Shown here: one piece after another, positions 19,327 through 28,455 of the stretch
Layout of the letters: the number at the start of each line of letters is the position of its first letter
Position numbering within the stretch: the first letter of the stretch is position 1
Source of the DNA: Candidatus Tayloriibacteriota bacterium
GTDB taxonomy: Bacteria > Patescibacteriota > Minisyncoccia > Phycocordibacterales > CAIRYW01
DNA: 64,000 bases
Assembly: GCA_028286725.1 (NCBI GenBank)
Contig: JAQBQZ010000009.1
Span: forward strand, 1,408 to 65,407
Direction: 5' to 3'
The notes under the pieces: generated by a model
The model's database searches: none
What the model was told of the DNA's origin: nothing
The model's input: only the letters and a program-made list of their open reading frames with translations
Program-made: the position numbers and the translations under genes

Positions 19327-20199
19327 ATGTTTAAAGACTTTCCTTTAAAACAACTAGATACAAAAGATTTTCCTCGTCCACTTCGGGAGATTCCTCAGCC
19401 ACCAAAATCACTCTATATAAGAGGCCAGCTTCCCCACCCAGACTTCAAAAGACTTTGTGTTGTCGGCAGCCGCAAATACACCCCCTATGGCAAACAAGTC
19501 TGCGAGAAATTAATTGAGGGTCTCCGCGGTTATCCAGTCGCAATCGTCTCAGGTCTTGCGCTCGGTATTGATAGCATTGCACACGAGTCTGCACTCAAGG
19601 CGGGACTCCCGACAATTGCAGTCCCAGGTTCTGGACTCGGCGAGAATGTGTTGTATCCTCGATCAAATAGTGGCCTCGCATTCGATATTCTACGACATGA
19701 CGGATGTTTGTTTTCTGAATTTGAAGAACATTTCAAAGCGACCAATTATTCGTTTCCCCAAAGAAACAGAATCATGGCGGGACTTTCTGACGCGGTTCTT
19801 ATCATTGAAGCCGAGATCAAATCAGGGACACTCATCACTGCCAAACTCGCAACAGATTATAATCGCGATGTTCTCACGGTGCCTCAAAATATTTTCTCTT
19901 CGACCTCCGAGGGTCCAGTGATGCTCATGCGACTCGGGGCAACACTTATCGCAACAAGTGAGGATATTTTAGAAGCACTCCACATAGAAATCAAAGACAA
20001 AGAATTCAAAACCAAATCATTATTTCTCGATCTAAACGATGATGAAAAACTATTAGTCGAGACTCTCCGAATACCTCTTTCAAGAGATGAGATAATTTTA
20101 GAAACGAATTGGGATGCATCGAAGCTCGCACAGATCATGACACTACTTGAGATAAAAGGAGTCATAAAAGAAAATGGAGGTAGAGTGTATTTGTCATAA
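19327..20199 (+). CDS. dprA: DNA-processing protein DprA
   Basis: VVGSRK, IVSGLALGID, FPQRNRIMAGLS, SGTLITA; upstream of topA. Confidence 0.95.
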   Translation: MFKDFPLKQLDTKDFPRPLREIPQPPKSLYIRGQLPHPDFKRLCVVGSRKYTPYGKQVCEKLIEGLRGYPVAIVSGLALGIDSIAHESALKAGLPTIAVPGSGLGENVLYPRSNSGLAFDILRHDGCLFSEFEEHFKATNYSFPQRNRIMAGLSDAVLIIEAEIKSGTLITAKLATDYNRDVLTVPQNIFSSTSEGPVMLMRLGATLIATSEDILEALHIEIKDKEFKTKSLFLDLNDDEKLLVETLRIPLSRDEIILETNWDASKLAQIMTLLEIKGVIKENGGRVYLS

Positions 20200-20247
20200 T
20201 TGTGTGATATATTGCCTTTGAAGGCACATTCCAGCCCAACACAACCT

Positions 20248-20490
20248 ATGAAGATGCAAGCACAACCCAAGGTCAAAAAGGCAAAAACCACACTCTCCGC
20301 CAAATGCTCTGTCGAAGCCATCTGTGACATCAATTATCCAGGTGGCTCCCTCATCAAGCAAGGGACGAAAGGGACCATCAAAACAGCACATCCTACCCAA
20401 AAAAGGTACTGGCTGGTTCGCTGGAGCTCGTTACCTGGCCAGCCGCTTTCCACTGCGGAAAGCAATCTCGAAAAGAGTAAAAAAGCCTAG
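20248..20490 (+). CDS. small basic hypothetical protein
   Basis: 80-aa ORF between dprA and topA with downstream hairpin 20503-20530. Confidence 0.5.
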   Translation: MKMQAQPKVKKAKTTLSAKCSVEAICDINYPGGSLIKQGTKGTIKTAHPTQKRYWLVRWSSLPGQPLSTAESNLEKSKKA

Positions 20491-20635
20491 GTACACTCAA
20501 CAGAACTCCGATTTAATCGGGGTTCTTTTTTATTTGAAATTTGCCATTTTGTAACTTTTGTTCTACCTTATAGATTATCCTTACTGAATTATATTGTTCT
20601 TCAATCCATAACAACAACTTAAATTCAATTTAAAA

Positions 20636-22921
20636 ATGAAACTACTAATCGTTGAGTCCCCAGCCAAAGCAAAGACAATCGAGAAATATCTCGACGGAGA
20701 ATACACAGTGCGCGCATCTGTGGGGCATGTTCGCGATCTCCCAAAAAGCAACAAGCTTGCAATAGATATTCCTGGAGGCTATGTCCCTCACTATGAGATC
20801 AGTGCCGGTAAAGAAAAAGTAATTGCGGAAATCAAAGCTCTTGCAAAAGATGCAACTGAAATAATACTCGCAACTGACCCCGACCGAGAAGGAGAAGCAA
20901 TCGCATGGCATATCGCTGAGCTCCTCAAAGGCAAAGATAAAGGGGCAAGAATAAAACGAGCAACATATACAGAGATCACAAAAGAAGCGATTGTCGCCGC
21001 TCTCAAACATCCACGAGAGATTGATCAAAATCTCCGAAAGGCTCAAGAGGCACGACGAGTACTTGATAGACTTGTGGGATACGATCTTTCGGGAATCATC
21101 TGGAAAAAAGTTCGTTACGGGCTTTCTGCTGGACGAGTACAATCCCCTGCATTACGTATCATAATGGAAAGAGAACGAGAGATTCGGGCTTTCAATCCTG
21201 AAGATTATTTCGTCATCACTGCAAACTTTGAAGATAAAGAAAATAAAGAGAAGCTTCTTTTGACTTGTGAAGAGGAGCCGAAAACAAAAGTTGATGCTGA
21301 AAAAATAGTTTCAAAATCAGAAAATGGAAACTGGTCTATCATTGATATCGAAAAAACAAATGTAAAGAGATCTCCAAAGGCGCCATTTTCGACTTCAACA
21401 ATCCAACAAACAGCGAGTACACGGCTTGGATTCTCTCCATCAAACACAATGCGTATTGCGCAGAAACTCTACGAAGCTGGACACATTACTTATATGCGAA
21501 CAGATAGTACAAACCTAAGTGAGACAGCACTCACAGCAATTGAATCGACGGTCAAAAAAGAATTTGGCGCAAGCTATTACGAAAAAAGAATCTTCGCGAC
21601 AAAATCAAAGAACGCTCAAGAAGCTCACGAAGCGATCCGTCCTGCTCACTTTGAAAAAGAAGTTGCAGGAAACAATGATGATGAAAAGAGACTCTACTCT
21701 CTCATTTGGACACGCGCAGTTGCAAGTCAGATGAAGGATGCTCAACTCAGTCGAACAAAGATAATTGCGAATATTGGAACTATGGATATTCCCAACTTCT
21801 CTACCGTAGGCTCTGTTATATCTTTCGACGGATGGCTGAAGTGTGATCCAAAAAGCGCAGGAGAAGACAATATTCTTCCCGAGGTTTCAAAAGATGACGC
21901 GCTCAAACTTCTCGACATCAATACGGAAGCAAAACAAACAACTCCTCCAAATAGATTTACCGAAGCAGGTCTCGTCAAAGAACTCGAAAAAAGAGGTATT
22001 GGACGACCTTCAACTTACGCGTCTATTATCAAGACTCTCGAAGATCGAGAATATGTGACCAAAGAAAACAAAGCGCTGAAGCCGACAGATACTGGAGACG
22101 TGGTTTCATCATTCCTTGAAGATAACTTTGGCGAATACATCAACGATACATTTACTGCAGGAATGGAAGACAAGCTCGATGATATTGCAAATGGGGATGC
22201 AGAATACGTAGCGACACTCAAATCTTTTTATGAACCACTCCATGAAGAAATAAAAATAAAAGAAAAACTCGACAAGGCAACCAATCTTGGAGACGCAGAT
22301 CCAAAATACAAATGTCCAAAATGTGGAGGCCCGATGACGATCAAGCTCTCTCGAGGAGGAAAATTCCTAAGCTGTGCCCGATATCCAGACTGTGATGGAG
22401 CACTCTCTATAGATGGACAAGAGATCAAAAAAGATGAGCCGATCGGAATTGATCCAGAGACGAAGCTTCCGATCTTTGTAAAAACAGGACGATATGGACC
22501 ATATGTTCAGCTCGGTGAGATGGTCAAAAAAGAAAAGGTAACTCCTAGGCCTAAAGATGCGAAAGGCAAAACAATCAAAAGAACCAAAGAAGAAATCGCT
22601 CTAGCCAAAGAAGCAAAAGCTAAAGCCGCACTTCTTCCAAAACCTCGAATGGCTAGTATTCCAAAAGAATATGACCCGACAAACATCACTCTCGATAACG
22701 CACTCAAATTCCTGACACTTCCTCGAATACTCGGAACGCACCCAGATACAGGAAAGAATATTATTGCGAACCGTGGAATGTTCGGGCCATATGTCATGCA
22801 TGATGGAGATTTTCGATCACTCAAAAAAGATGACGTTTATGAAGTAACATTTGATCGTGCACTCGAAATAATTCGTGAGCCAAAAGTGGTTGGCAGAAGA
22901 GGAAGGTTTAAGAAGAAATAA
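20636..22921 (+). CDS. topA: DNA topoisomerase I
   Basis: IVESPAKA, ATDPDREGE, SAGRVQS, ITYMRTD, C4 zinc ribbon, Toprim C repeats. Confidence 0.98.
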   Translation: MKLLIVESPAKAKTIEKYLDGEYTVRASVGHVRDLPKSNKLAIDIPGGYVPHYEISAGKEKVIAEIKALAKDATEIILATDPDREGEAIAWHIAELLKGKDKGARIKRATYTEITKEAIVAALKHPREIDQNLRKAQEARRVLDRLVGYDLSGIIWKKVRYGLSAGRVQSPALRIIMEREREIRAFNPEDYFVITANFEDKENKEKLLLTCEEEPKTKVDAEKIVSKSENGNWSIIDIEKTNVKRSPKAPFSTSTIQQTASTRLGFSPSNTMRIAQKLYEAGHITYMRTDSTNLSETALTAIESTVKKEFGASYYEKRIFATKSKNAQEAHEAIRPAHFEKEVAGNNDDEKRLYSLIWTRAVASQMKDAQLSRTKIIANIGTMDIPNFSTVGSVISFDGWLKCDPKSAGEDNILPEVSKDDALKLLDINTEAKQTTPPNRFTEAGLVKELEKRGIGRPSTYASIIKTLEDREYVTKENKALKPTDTGDVVSSFLEDNFGEYINDTFTAGMEDKLDDIANGDAEYVATLKSFYEPLHEEIKIKEKLDKATNLGDADPKYKCPKCGGPMTIKLSRGGKFLSCARYPDCDGALSIDGQEIKKDEPIGIDPETKLPIFVKTGRYGPYVQLGEMVKKEKVTPRPKDAKGKTIKRTKEEIALAKEAKAKAALLPKPRMASIPKEYDPTNITLDNALKFLTLPRILGTHPDTGKNIIANRGMFGPYVMHDGDFRSLKKDDVYEVTFDRALEIIREPKVVGRRGRFKKK

Positions 22922-23031
22922 AATGGGAAAATAGTCCTCAAAATTCCAAAAGAATTTTGAGGACTATTTTAAAAATGAAGTCGCTCCCTGGATATGAAGT
23001 CCGGGAGCAACGCAGGCACTGATGTTTCGCA

Positions 23032-23139
23032 TCAGATTTTTGGTGAACAGTCAGGCTTCAAAGCCTCACGAAAGCAGAGCCCCATGAGAATAGCAGCAAC
23101 TGACACGGCACCAATGAGAAACCAAGGATCGGTGTTCAT
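23032..23139 (-). CDS. 35-aa single-TM micropeptide MNTDPWFLIGAVSVAAILMGLCFREALKPDCSPKI
   Basis: Not in ORF track; hydrophobic core, lies between hairpins at 22930-22970 and 23190-23218. Confidence 0.35.
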   Translation of the reverse strand: MNTDPWFLIGAVSVAAILMGLCFREALKPDCSPKI

Positions 23140-23228
23140 GGCTAATACAATAATATCCCTAAAATCTAAACTGTAAAGTTAAATTATAAATAACCGCCTC
23201 GGCTTCCGAGGCGGTTATTCAGATTCAA

Positions 23229-23351
23229 TCAAACTCGATATTTTGCAGCCAACAAAACTAGGCTGAAAAAACCAAAGATGACTAATTGGACATACATTGG
23301 CACAATGCTTTCTCCTTGAGCAAATGCCAACAGAAGGTGCGAGAGTTTCAT
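23229..23351 (-). CDS. 40-aa hydrophobic micropeptide MKLSHLLLAFAQGESIVPMYVQLVIFGFFSLVLLAAKYRV
   Basis: Not in ORF track; hydrophobic, lies between hairpins at 23190-23218 and 23383-23418. Confidence 0.4.
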   Translation of the reverse strand: MKLSHLLLAFAQGESIVPMYVQLVIFGFFSLVLLAAKYRV

Positions 23352-23442
23352 ATTCTCGATTCTACTCCAACTTACAAATATGTAAAGCAGCACGGAGCCT
23401 ATGGCTCCGTGCTGCTTTCATTTTCCCATCACTCACACTTCC

Positions 23443-24471
23443 CTATACCGTAAAATTATTCAAATCGAACGATTCTTCTTCATCATTCTTGTCCTCTTTT
23501 GGCATATCATCGGTGAGCACTTTTTGTTCTTCTTCGGAAATATTTACATCATTTAGATTCGCCACAGGAAGCATCGAGCTATCAGTTATCGGCTCTAGTG
23601 TCACTGGAGCTACTGGAACTGCTTCAACACCTCCAACTTTTTGCTCCAAATTTTTCTTCAAGAGTTCAAGAATATTTCGAAGATCAACATCTGAGAAATA
23701 ATCAATATGAATCTTTCCACCGTCTTGAATTGATTCGATCTGCACACGAGTACCGAGCGCTTCTGTAAGTTTTTCTTCCATCTCAATGATCTCAGGTTTG
23801 ATCAAATATTCTTTCTTTCGAACTTTGTCTACTGCGATTCTTCGAGCAACACTTTCCGCTTCTCGCACCGTCATCTTACGCTGCATGATTTCACGGAAAA
23901 GCACCATCTGTTCCTGAGGTCTGTCATTAAGCATCATCAAAGGTCGAGTATGACCTTCGGAAATTTTCCCTACCGCGAGTGCTTGCTGAATCTCTTCTGG
24001 CATCTGAAGTAATCGCAAACTGTTAGAGACGTATTCACGACTCTTGCCGATCTTTTCTGCAATCTCGGTGTGCTTCAAATTAAATGTATCAACAAGCTGC
24101 TTGAATGATTTTGCACGATCGATAGCATTTAGATCTTCTCGCTGAAGATTCTCAATGATCGCAAGCTCGAGCTTTACTCGATCTGTCTGCTCGCCTGTTC
24201 GAATGATTGCTGGTACTTGAGTCAGTCCCGCGATCTTTGATGCCCGAAGTCGTCGCTCTCCAGAAATGAGTTCGTAGTCTACATACATGCTTCCATCTTC
24301 TCGAAATATTTCTTTTCGCGTCACTACCATTGGCTGAAGAATTCCATACTGGCGAATAGATGATGCGAGGTCTTTAAGCCGCGCTTCATCAAATTCCTTT
24401 CGTGGCTGAAATGGGTTAGGTTTGATCTTATCTGTCTCTATCCAAAAAATCGAGTTGTTGTAAAATTCCAT
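23443..24471 (-). CDS. parB: chromosome partitioning protein ParB
   Basis: PNPFQPRKEF, GILQP, ISGERRLRA, ENLQREDLN, HTH. Confidence 0.95.
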   Translation of the reverse strand: MEFYNNSIFWIETDKIKPNPFQPRKEFDEARLKDLASSIRQYGILQPMVVTRKEIFREDGSMYVDYELISGERRLRASKIAGLTQVPAIIRTGEQTDRVKLELAIIENLQREDLNAIDRAKSFKQLVDTFNLKHTEIAEKIGKSREYVSNSLRLLQMPEEIQQALAVGKISEGHTRPLMMLNDRPQEQMVLFREIMQRKMTVREAESVARRIAVDKVRKKEYLIKPEIIEMEEKLTEALGTRVQIESIQDGGKIHIDYFSDVDLRNILELLKKNLEQKVGGVEAVPVAPVTLEPITDSSMLPVANLNDVNISEEEQKVLTDDMPKEDKNDEEESFDLNNFTV

Positions 24472-24593
24472 TCCGTTAAAAATTAATTAATAATATTTTA
24501 TTTCTATAAACATCATCATATCAGAAATTGCCACAAACCCGAAAGACAAATGGGATTGAAATAATCTAACTTTTGTAGTACTTTGTAGTCTCT

Positions 24594-24674
24594 GCCCGGG
24601 TGACGAAATGGTAAACGTACTCGACTCAAAATCGAGCGCCGCAAGGCTTGGGAGTTCAAGTCTCCCCCCGGGCA
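24594..24674 (+). tRNA. tRNA-Leu(CAA)
   Basis: GCCCGGG/CCCGGGC acceptor, CTCGA-CTCAAAA-TCGAG anticodon arm, variable arm, TTCAAG T-loop. Confidence 0.93.
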
Positions 24675-24866
24675 CAAAATACAAAAAACAGAGAAATAAT
24701 TTCTCTGTTTTTTGTATTTTGTGCCCGGGAGAAAGTGCTAAACGCACTTTCGTGGGAGACTTGAAAGGCGCAGGTATATTTCTTGTAGAAACAAGAAATA
24801 CCGAGCCGGGGTCGAGGAAATTTTGATTCGACGGAATCAAAATTATCCGTGACCAAGTCCCTCTCC
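24675..24866 (+). repeat. tRNA-trailing structured element (Leu-CAA copy)
   Basis: 31-bp palindrome 24667-24697/24699-24729, gaaagtgc hairpin, anti-T-arm 24754-24765, degenerate direct copy near 24851-24866. Confidence 0.85.
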
Positions 24867-24988
24867 ACCTCTACCTCTACCTGTAAGTCTTAAATCCTAA
24901 ATGATACAATACAACCCTTTCCCCCCCACCCTCGCTATATCCCCCATCTGTGCTACACTTGCTACCTTATCCACTAATCACAAAAAAC

Positions 24989-25099
24989 ATGGACGAAACA
25001 ACTACAACAACAGCTACTCCAGTAGTAGCAGAAGAAGAAACTACAGTTCCTACAGAACCTACAACACCTGCACCAGCAGCTGATGAAGTAACTGCATAA
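24989..25099 (+). CDS. 36-aa acidic Thr/Pro/Ala-rich micropeptide
   Basis: MDETTTTTATPVVAEEETTVPTEPTTPAPAADEVTA; strong A/T third-position bias; A-rich leader; just upstream of miaA. Confidence 0.55.
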   Translation: MDETTTTTATPVVAEEETTVPTEPTTPAPAADEVTA

Positions 25100-25123
25100 T
25101 TGTATCTAAACTCTTTTACTCAT

Positions 25124-26020
25124 ATGCCAAAGGCAAAACCAAAGATAATATCGATAGTAGGCCCTACAGCGTCGGGTAAAAGTGATTTGGCCGTAATGCT
25201 CGCAAAGCAGTTCAAAGGTGAAGTAATCTCCGCCGATTCAAGACAAGTCTATACTGGACTCAATATTGGTTCAGGCAAGATAACAAAAAAAGAGATGATG
25301 GGTATTCCTCATCATCTTCTTGATGTTGTGAGTCCTAAGAAGGTCTTCACTGTCGCAAATTTCAAAAAACTAGCGAATGAAAAAATAAATGAGATTGTTG
25401 ATCACGGTCATATTCCCATACTTTGTGGCGGTACAGGATTCTATATCGACACAGTCACAAAAAATATTCTTCTCCCCGAAGTCCCACCAAACCAAGCCTT
25501 AAGAAAAAAGCTCGAGGTTTTGAGTCTCGAAAAACTCCAAAAGATGTTAATGAAGCTTGATCAAAAAAGATTCATATCAATTGATCTCAATAATAAAGTC
25601 CGACTCATTCGAGCGATCGAAATAACCAAAGCGCTCGGCAGCGTTCCAAAGATCAAAAGCAAACCTCTCTATGATGTACTCACGATCGGGATACTCTGGA
25701 ATCCAGAAAGTTTAAGAAAAAGAATCAATCTTCGATTACAAAAAAGAATAAAAATTGGAATGATAAATGAAGTAAAGAAACTCAAAAAAAGCGGAGTGTC
25801 TTGGAAGCGACTTGAATCTCTCGGACTCGAGTACAGATATGTTGCGCAATTCTTACAAAAGAAAATATCAAAAATAGAAATGATCGAAAAACTCCAATTT
25901 GAGATCTGGCACTATGCAAAACGACAAATGACATGGTTTCAGAAAGATATGGGTATCAAATGGATGCGACCGACCGAGAAAACAAAAATTAAAAAAGAAG
26001 TAAAAGAGTTTCTAAAATAG
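25124..26020 (+). CDS. miaA: tRNA dimethylallyltransferase
   Basis: GPTASGKS, ISADSRQVY, GGTGFY, YAKRQMTWF. Confidence 0.97.
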   Translation: MPKAKPKIISIVGPTASGKSDLAVMLAKQFKGEVISADSRQVYTGLNIGSGKITKKEMMGIPHHLLDVVSPKKVFTVANFKKLANEKINEIVDHGHIPILCGGTGFYIDTVTKNILLPEVPPNQALRKKLEVLSLEKLQKMLMKLDQKRFISIDLNNKVRLIRAIEITKALGSVPKIKSKPLYDVLTIGILWNPESLRKRINLRLQKRIKIGMINEVKKLKKSGVSWKRLESLGLEYRYVAQFLQKKISKIEMIEKLQFEIWHYAKRQMTWFQKDMGIKWMRPTEKTKIKKEVKEFLK

Positions 26021-26275
26021 AGGATCGGAACAGAACTGCAACATATTGACCTATAGTCCAACTGCGACTCGGACGATATGTACCCACACTTTCCTTACAG
26101 GAACTGATCATGCATAAATTTCTACTGAAATTTTGCTCGACCCCGACTCGCGTCTTCGCGCTCTGCCTCTGAATTCTTCTAAGTATTCAGAATTCAGCAC
26201 CTTTTGGATCGAGTACTATCTCAAAAGATCTTGCAAAGCTCCACGTATTCGCTTTTCACCTCGCTTGTTGGAATA
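26021..26275 (-). repeat. stand-alone modular structured element (copy A)
   Basis: Reverse complement of 26198-26273 matches 39580-39655 at 73/76 nt; other modules shared with tRNA trailers. Confidence 0.8.
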
Positions 26276-26341
26276 ACAACAACGCAGGTCCCCCGAAGGA
26301 AAACTGCGTTGCAGGCTGCTGGTGCTAACAAAACATTTTTT

Positions 26342-26518
26342 TCATGCCATTTTCGACTCAAAGAGCGAATGGTGGGCAGGATCAAAATGATCAATCAGAT
26401 CAGCGAGGGTGACACCGTATTTTGACAGGTGAAGCTTATCAAGCAAATCGACGAGCAAGAGCTCGCCAAGAGACTTCACAAGGCTTGGCCTGTTTTCGGA
26501 CGTTAAGAGCGATTCCAT
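26342..26518 (-). CDS. 58-aa ORFan MESLLTSENRPSLVKSLGELLLVDLLDKL...
   Basis: Not in ORF track; TTGACA promoter-like site upstream (26564-26569) and hairpin downstream (26282-26311). Confidence 0.45.
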   Translation of the reverse strand: MESLLTSENRPSLVKSLGELLLVDLLDKLHLSKYGVTLADLIDHFDPAHHSLFESKMA

Positions 26519-26637
26519 GTGTTGTTGGTAGCAGTCTGTAATTATTCACACTATTTGAATAATGTCAATAGTATATAAATGACAATGGCGCAGGTCCCCT
26601 GGTTGGAGGAGCCTGCGCCATATTTATCCATGACCTT

Positions 26638-26838
26638 TTACCACCGTGGTTTGTACTTCTGGGACCCAGGGCGTGCCTGTGGGCTACAGTGTCTCGCAGT
26701 GCGATCCACTTTAGGATTGGTGGCACCGATTGCCGCCAAAGATTGGGGGCATTTCAGTAAGCCTCGCTCATGCAGCCATTGCGCGGCTGCTTGAAAACCA
26801 GGTGATTTAAGATGATTGATGGGAGGAGCAGTGTTCAT
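26638..26838 (-). CDS. 66-aa basic ORFan
   Basis: MNTAPPINHLK...; TTGACA upstream (26887-26892) and hairpin downstream (26585-26621). Confidence 0.45.
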   Translation of the reverse strand: MNTAPPINHLKSPGFQAAAQWLHERGLLKCPQSLAAIGATNPKVDRTARHCSPQARPGSQKYKPRW

Positions 26839-26950
26839 GTCAGGTGTTGTTGGTAACCGATATATATTATACATATTTATGTACAAATGTCAATATCAGA
26901 CCATTATTACCTAGATTAAATAGCCATATTCTGCTAGAATGCACTGCATT

Positions 26951-27021
26951 GGGCGATTAGTTTAGTGGTAGAACAAGGCACTCCAAACGCCTAGGTGTAG
27001 GTTCGATTCCTACATCGCCCG
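26951..27021 (+). tRNA. tRNA-Trp(CCA)
   Basis: GGGCGAT/ATCGCCC acceptor, CTCCAAA anticodon loop, GTTCGATTCC T-arm. Confidence 0.9.
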
Positions 27022-27173
27022 CAGAAGGAGCGAAGCGACGACAAGGTTGATAGCAAGCAAACTGCTTTGCTTGCGTGTAGGAATCGAAAGGCTTTTTATT
27101 ATTTAATCGACTGCAAGGAGATTAAATTAAAAAGCACCCGCGACGGTAGTCGAGATTTCCTACATCGCCCGCA
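27022..27173 (+). repeat. tRNA-trailing structured element (Trp copy)
   Basis: Anti-T-arm tgtaggaatcgaa 27076-27088; 17-bp direct repeat ttcctacatcgcccgca at 27007-27023 and 27157-27173. Confidence 0.85.
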
Positions 27174-27204
27174 AATAATTTTTCAATTTTGATATAACGT
27201 ATCT

Positions 27205-27759
27205 ATGTCTGAACAATTAGAAATGTTAGAGGTGGTAGATGGGCTGGATAACATGATCGGTCTTGAAACTCGTAAAAAAATTCACAAGGACGGACTTCTT
27301 CATCGTGAAATACACATATTTTTTATAACTCCAAAAGGAGAAATCATCTTTCAACATAGAGCAAAAGACAAGGATACTTACCCTGATAAACTGGATGCGA
27401 CTGTGGCAGGACACGTTGAACCAAATATGTCTTACGAAGAAACTGCTATTAAAGAAACAAAAGAAGAGACTGGACTTGATATAAATTCAAAGGATTTAAT
27501 TGTGCTAGAAAAAATGAACCTTCGAGAAGTGGATGAGGCAACTGGACTAATCAACAATACCGTCCGTGTACAATATGCTTATTTATACAAGGGATTGGTT
27601 GAGGATCTAATTGTGGAAGAAGGTAAAGCTATTGGGTTTGAGCCATGGAATATGGATACTCTTTTTACACTTTCTAACAAGGATAAGAATAGATTTAAAC
27701 CCATCGTCATATCCAATAGATTTCTTCTTTTGTTTAAAAAGGCAAAGGACTTAATTTAA
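27205..27759 (+). CDS. NUDIX hydrolase (IDI type 1-like subfamily)
   Basis: GLLHR, QHRAKDKDTYP, AGHV..EETAIKETKEETG Nudix box. Confidence 0.85.
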   Translation: MSEQLEMLEVVDGLDNMIGLETRKKIHKDGLLHREIHIFFITPKGEIIFQHRAKDKDTYPDKLDATVAGHVEPNMSYEETAIKETKEETGLDINSKDLIVLEKMNLREVDEATGLINNTVRVQYAYLYKGLVEDLIVEEGKAIGFEPWNMDTLFTLSNKDKNRFKPIVISNRFLLLFKKAKDLI

Positions 27760-27802
27760 CCCAAAAGAAAAAACCACCAAAAGGTGGTTTTTTCTTTTGA
27801 AA

Positions 27803-27958
27803 TTATTTCTTCGCTTCTTTGAAAGTGATGTGCTTTCGGAGTTTCTTTGAGAATTTCTTGAGCTCAATCTTTCTCTGGACACCCTTTTTGTTCTTTCGAG
27901 AGTAGTATACCTCGCCTGTTTCTTTGTTTTTTAATATAAGTAGATTATCCTGTGACAT
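27803..27958 (-). CDS. rpmG: 50S ribosomal protein bL33 (no zinc-binding Cys)
   Basis: Not in ORF track; MSQDNLLILKNKETGEVYYSRKNKKGVQRKIELKKFSKKLRKHITFKEAKK. Confidence 0.9.
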   Translation of the reverse strand: MSQDNLLILKNKETGEVYYSRKNKKGVQRKIELKKFSKKLRKHITFKEAKK

Positions 27959-28067
27959 ATATGTATTTATTTAATGTCTGATGATTATAGCTCAATATAT
28001 CCAAAAAAGCAATTCGAGCCTTAATTGTTTACTCACCCCCCTTTTTGTGATATTCTCTATCGATAAT

Positions 28068-28150
28068 GCGTAGGTGGTAGAGCGGTCAATTACAAGAGAC
28101 TGTAAATCTCTCGCCTTCGGGCTACACAGGTTCGAATCCTGTCCTACGCA
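28068..28150 (+). tRNA. tRNA-Tyr(GTA)
   Basis: GCGTAGG/CCTACGC acceptor, AGAGA-CTGTAAA-TCTCT, variable arm, GGTTCGAATCC. Confidence 0.95.
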
Positions 28151-28444
28151 CAAAATATGAAAAAACCTGAAGCAAGTTTGCTTCAGGTTTTTTCATATTT
28201 TGTGCGTAGAGAAAGTGCTAAATGCACTTTTGGACAGGATTTGAAGCCCGATTGAGCATAATTTGTGAGGTATCGAAACAAATTATCCAATCGGGATATT
28301 GACCCTGTAAGGGTCGAATATCCTGTCTGATCGAACGGAGAGTAAGATATTTGTGATCAAATACTATCAATCTAGTCGAGGTCGAAACTCCTGTCCTGAT
28401 TTTTACTTCTTCTCTTCCTTACAGGAACAGTACACCTTTTGGAT
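28151..28444 (+). repeat. tRNA-trailing structured element (Tyr copy)
   Basis: 32-bp palindrome 28144-28175/28178-28209, aaagtgc hairpin, anti-T-arm 28232-28245, two degenerate direct copies (about 28315, 28383), shared module 28415-28444. Confidence 0.85.
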
Positions 28445-28455
28445 TGACTACAATC

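Noticed and set aside
24487-24868. ORFs overlapping tRNA-Leu and its trailer (likewise 40771-41164, 44034-44528, 45771-46180)
   Set aside because: They run through tRNA genes and palindromes; their mutual similarity (e.g. FCARG) reflects the non-coding repeat, not proteins
27007-27173. Prophage or genomic island attL/attR at tRNA-Trp (and tRNA-Leu-TAG)
   Set aside because: The direct repeats enclose only 150-260 bp with no integrase or cargo; treated as the trailer-element family
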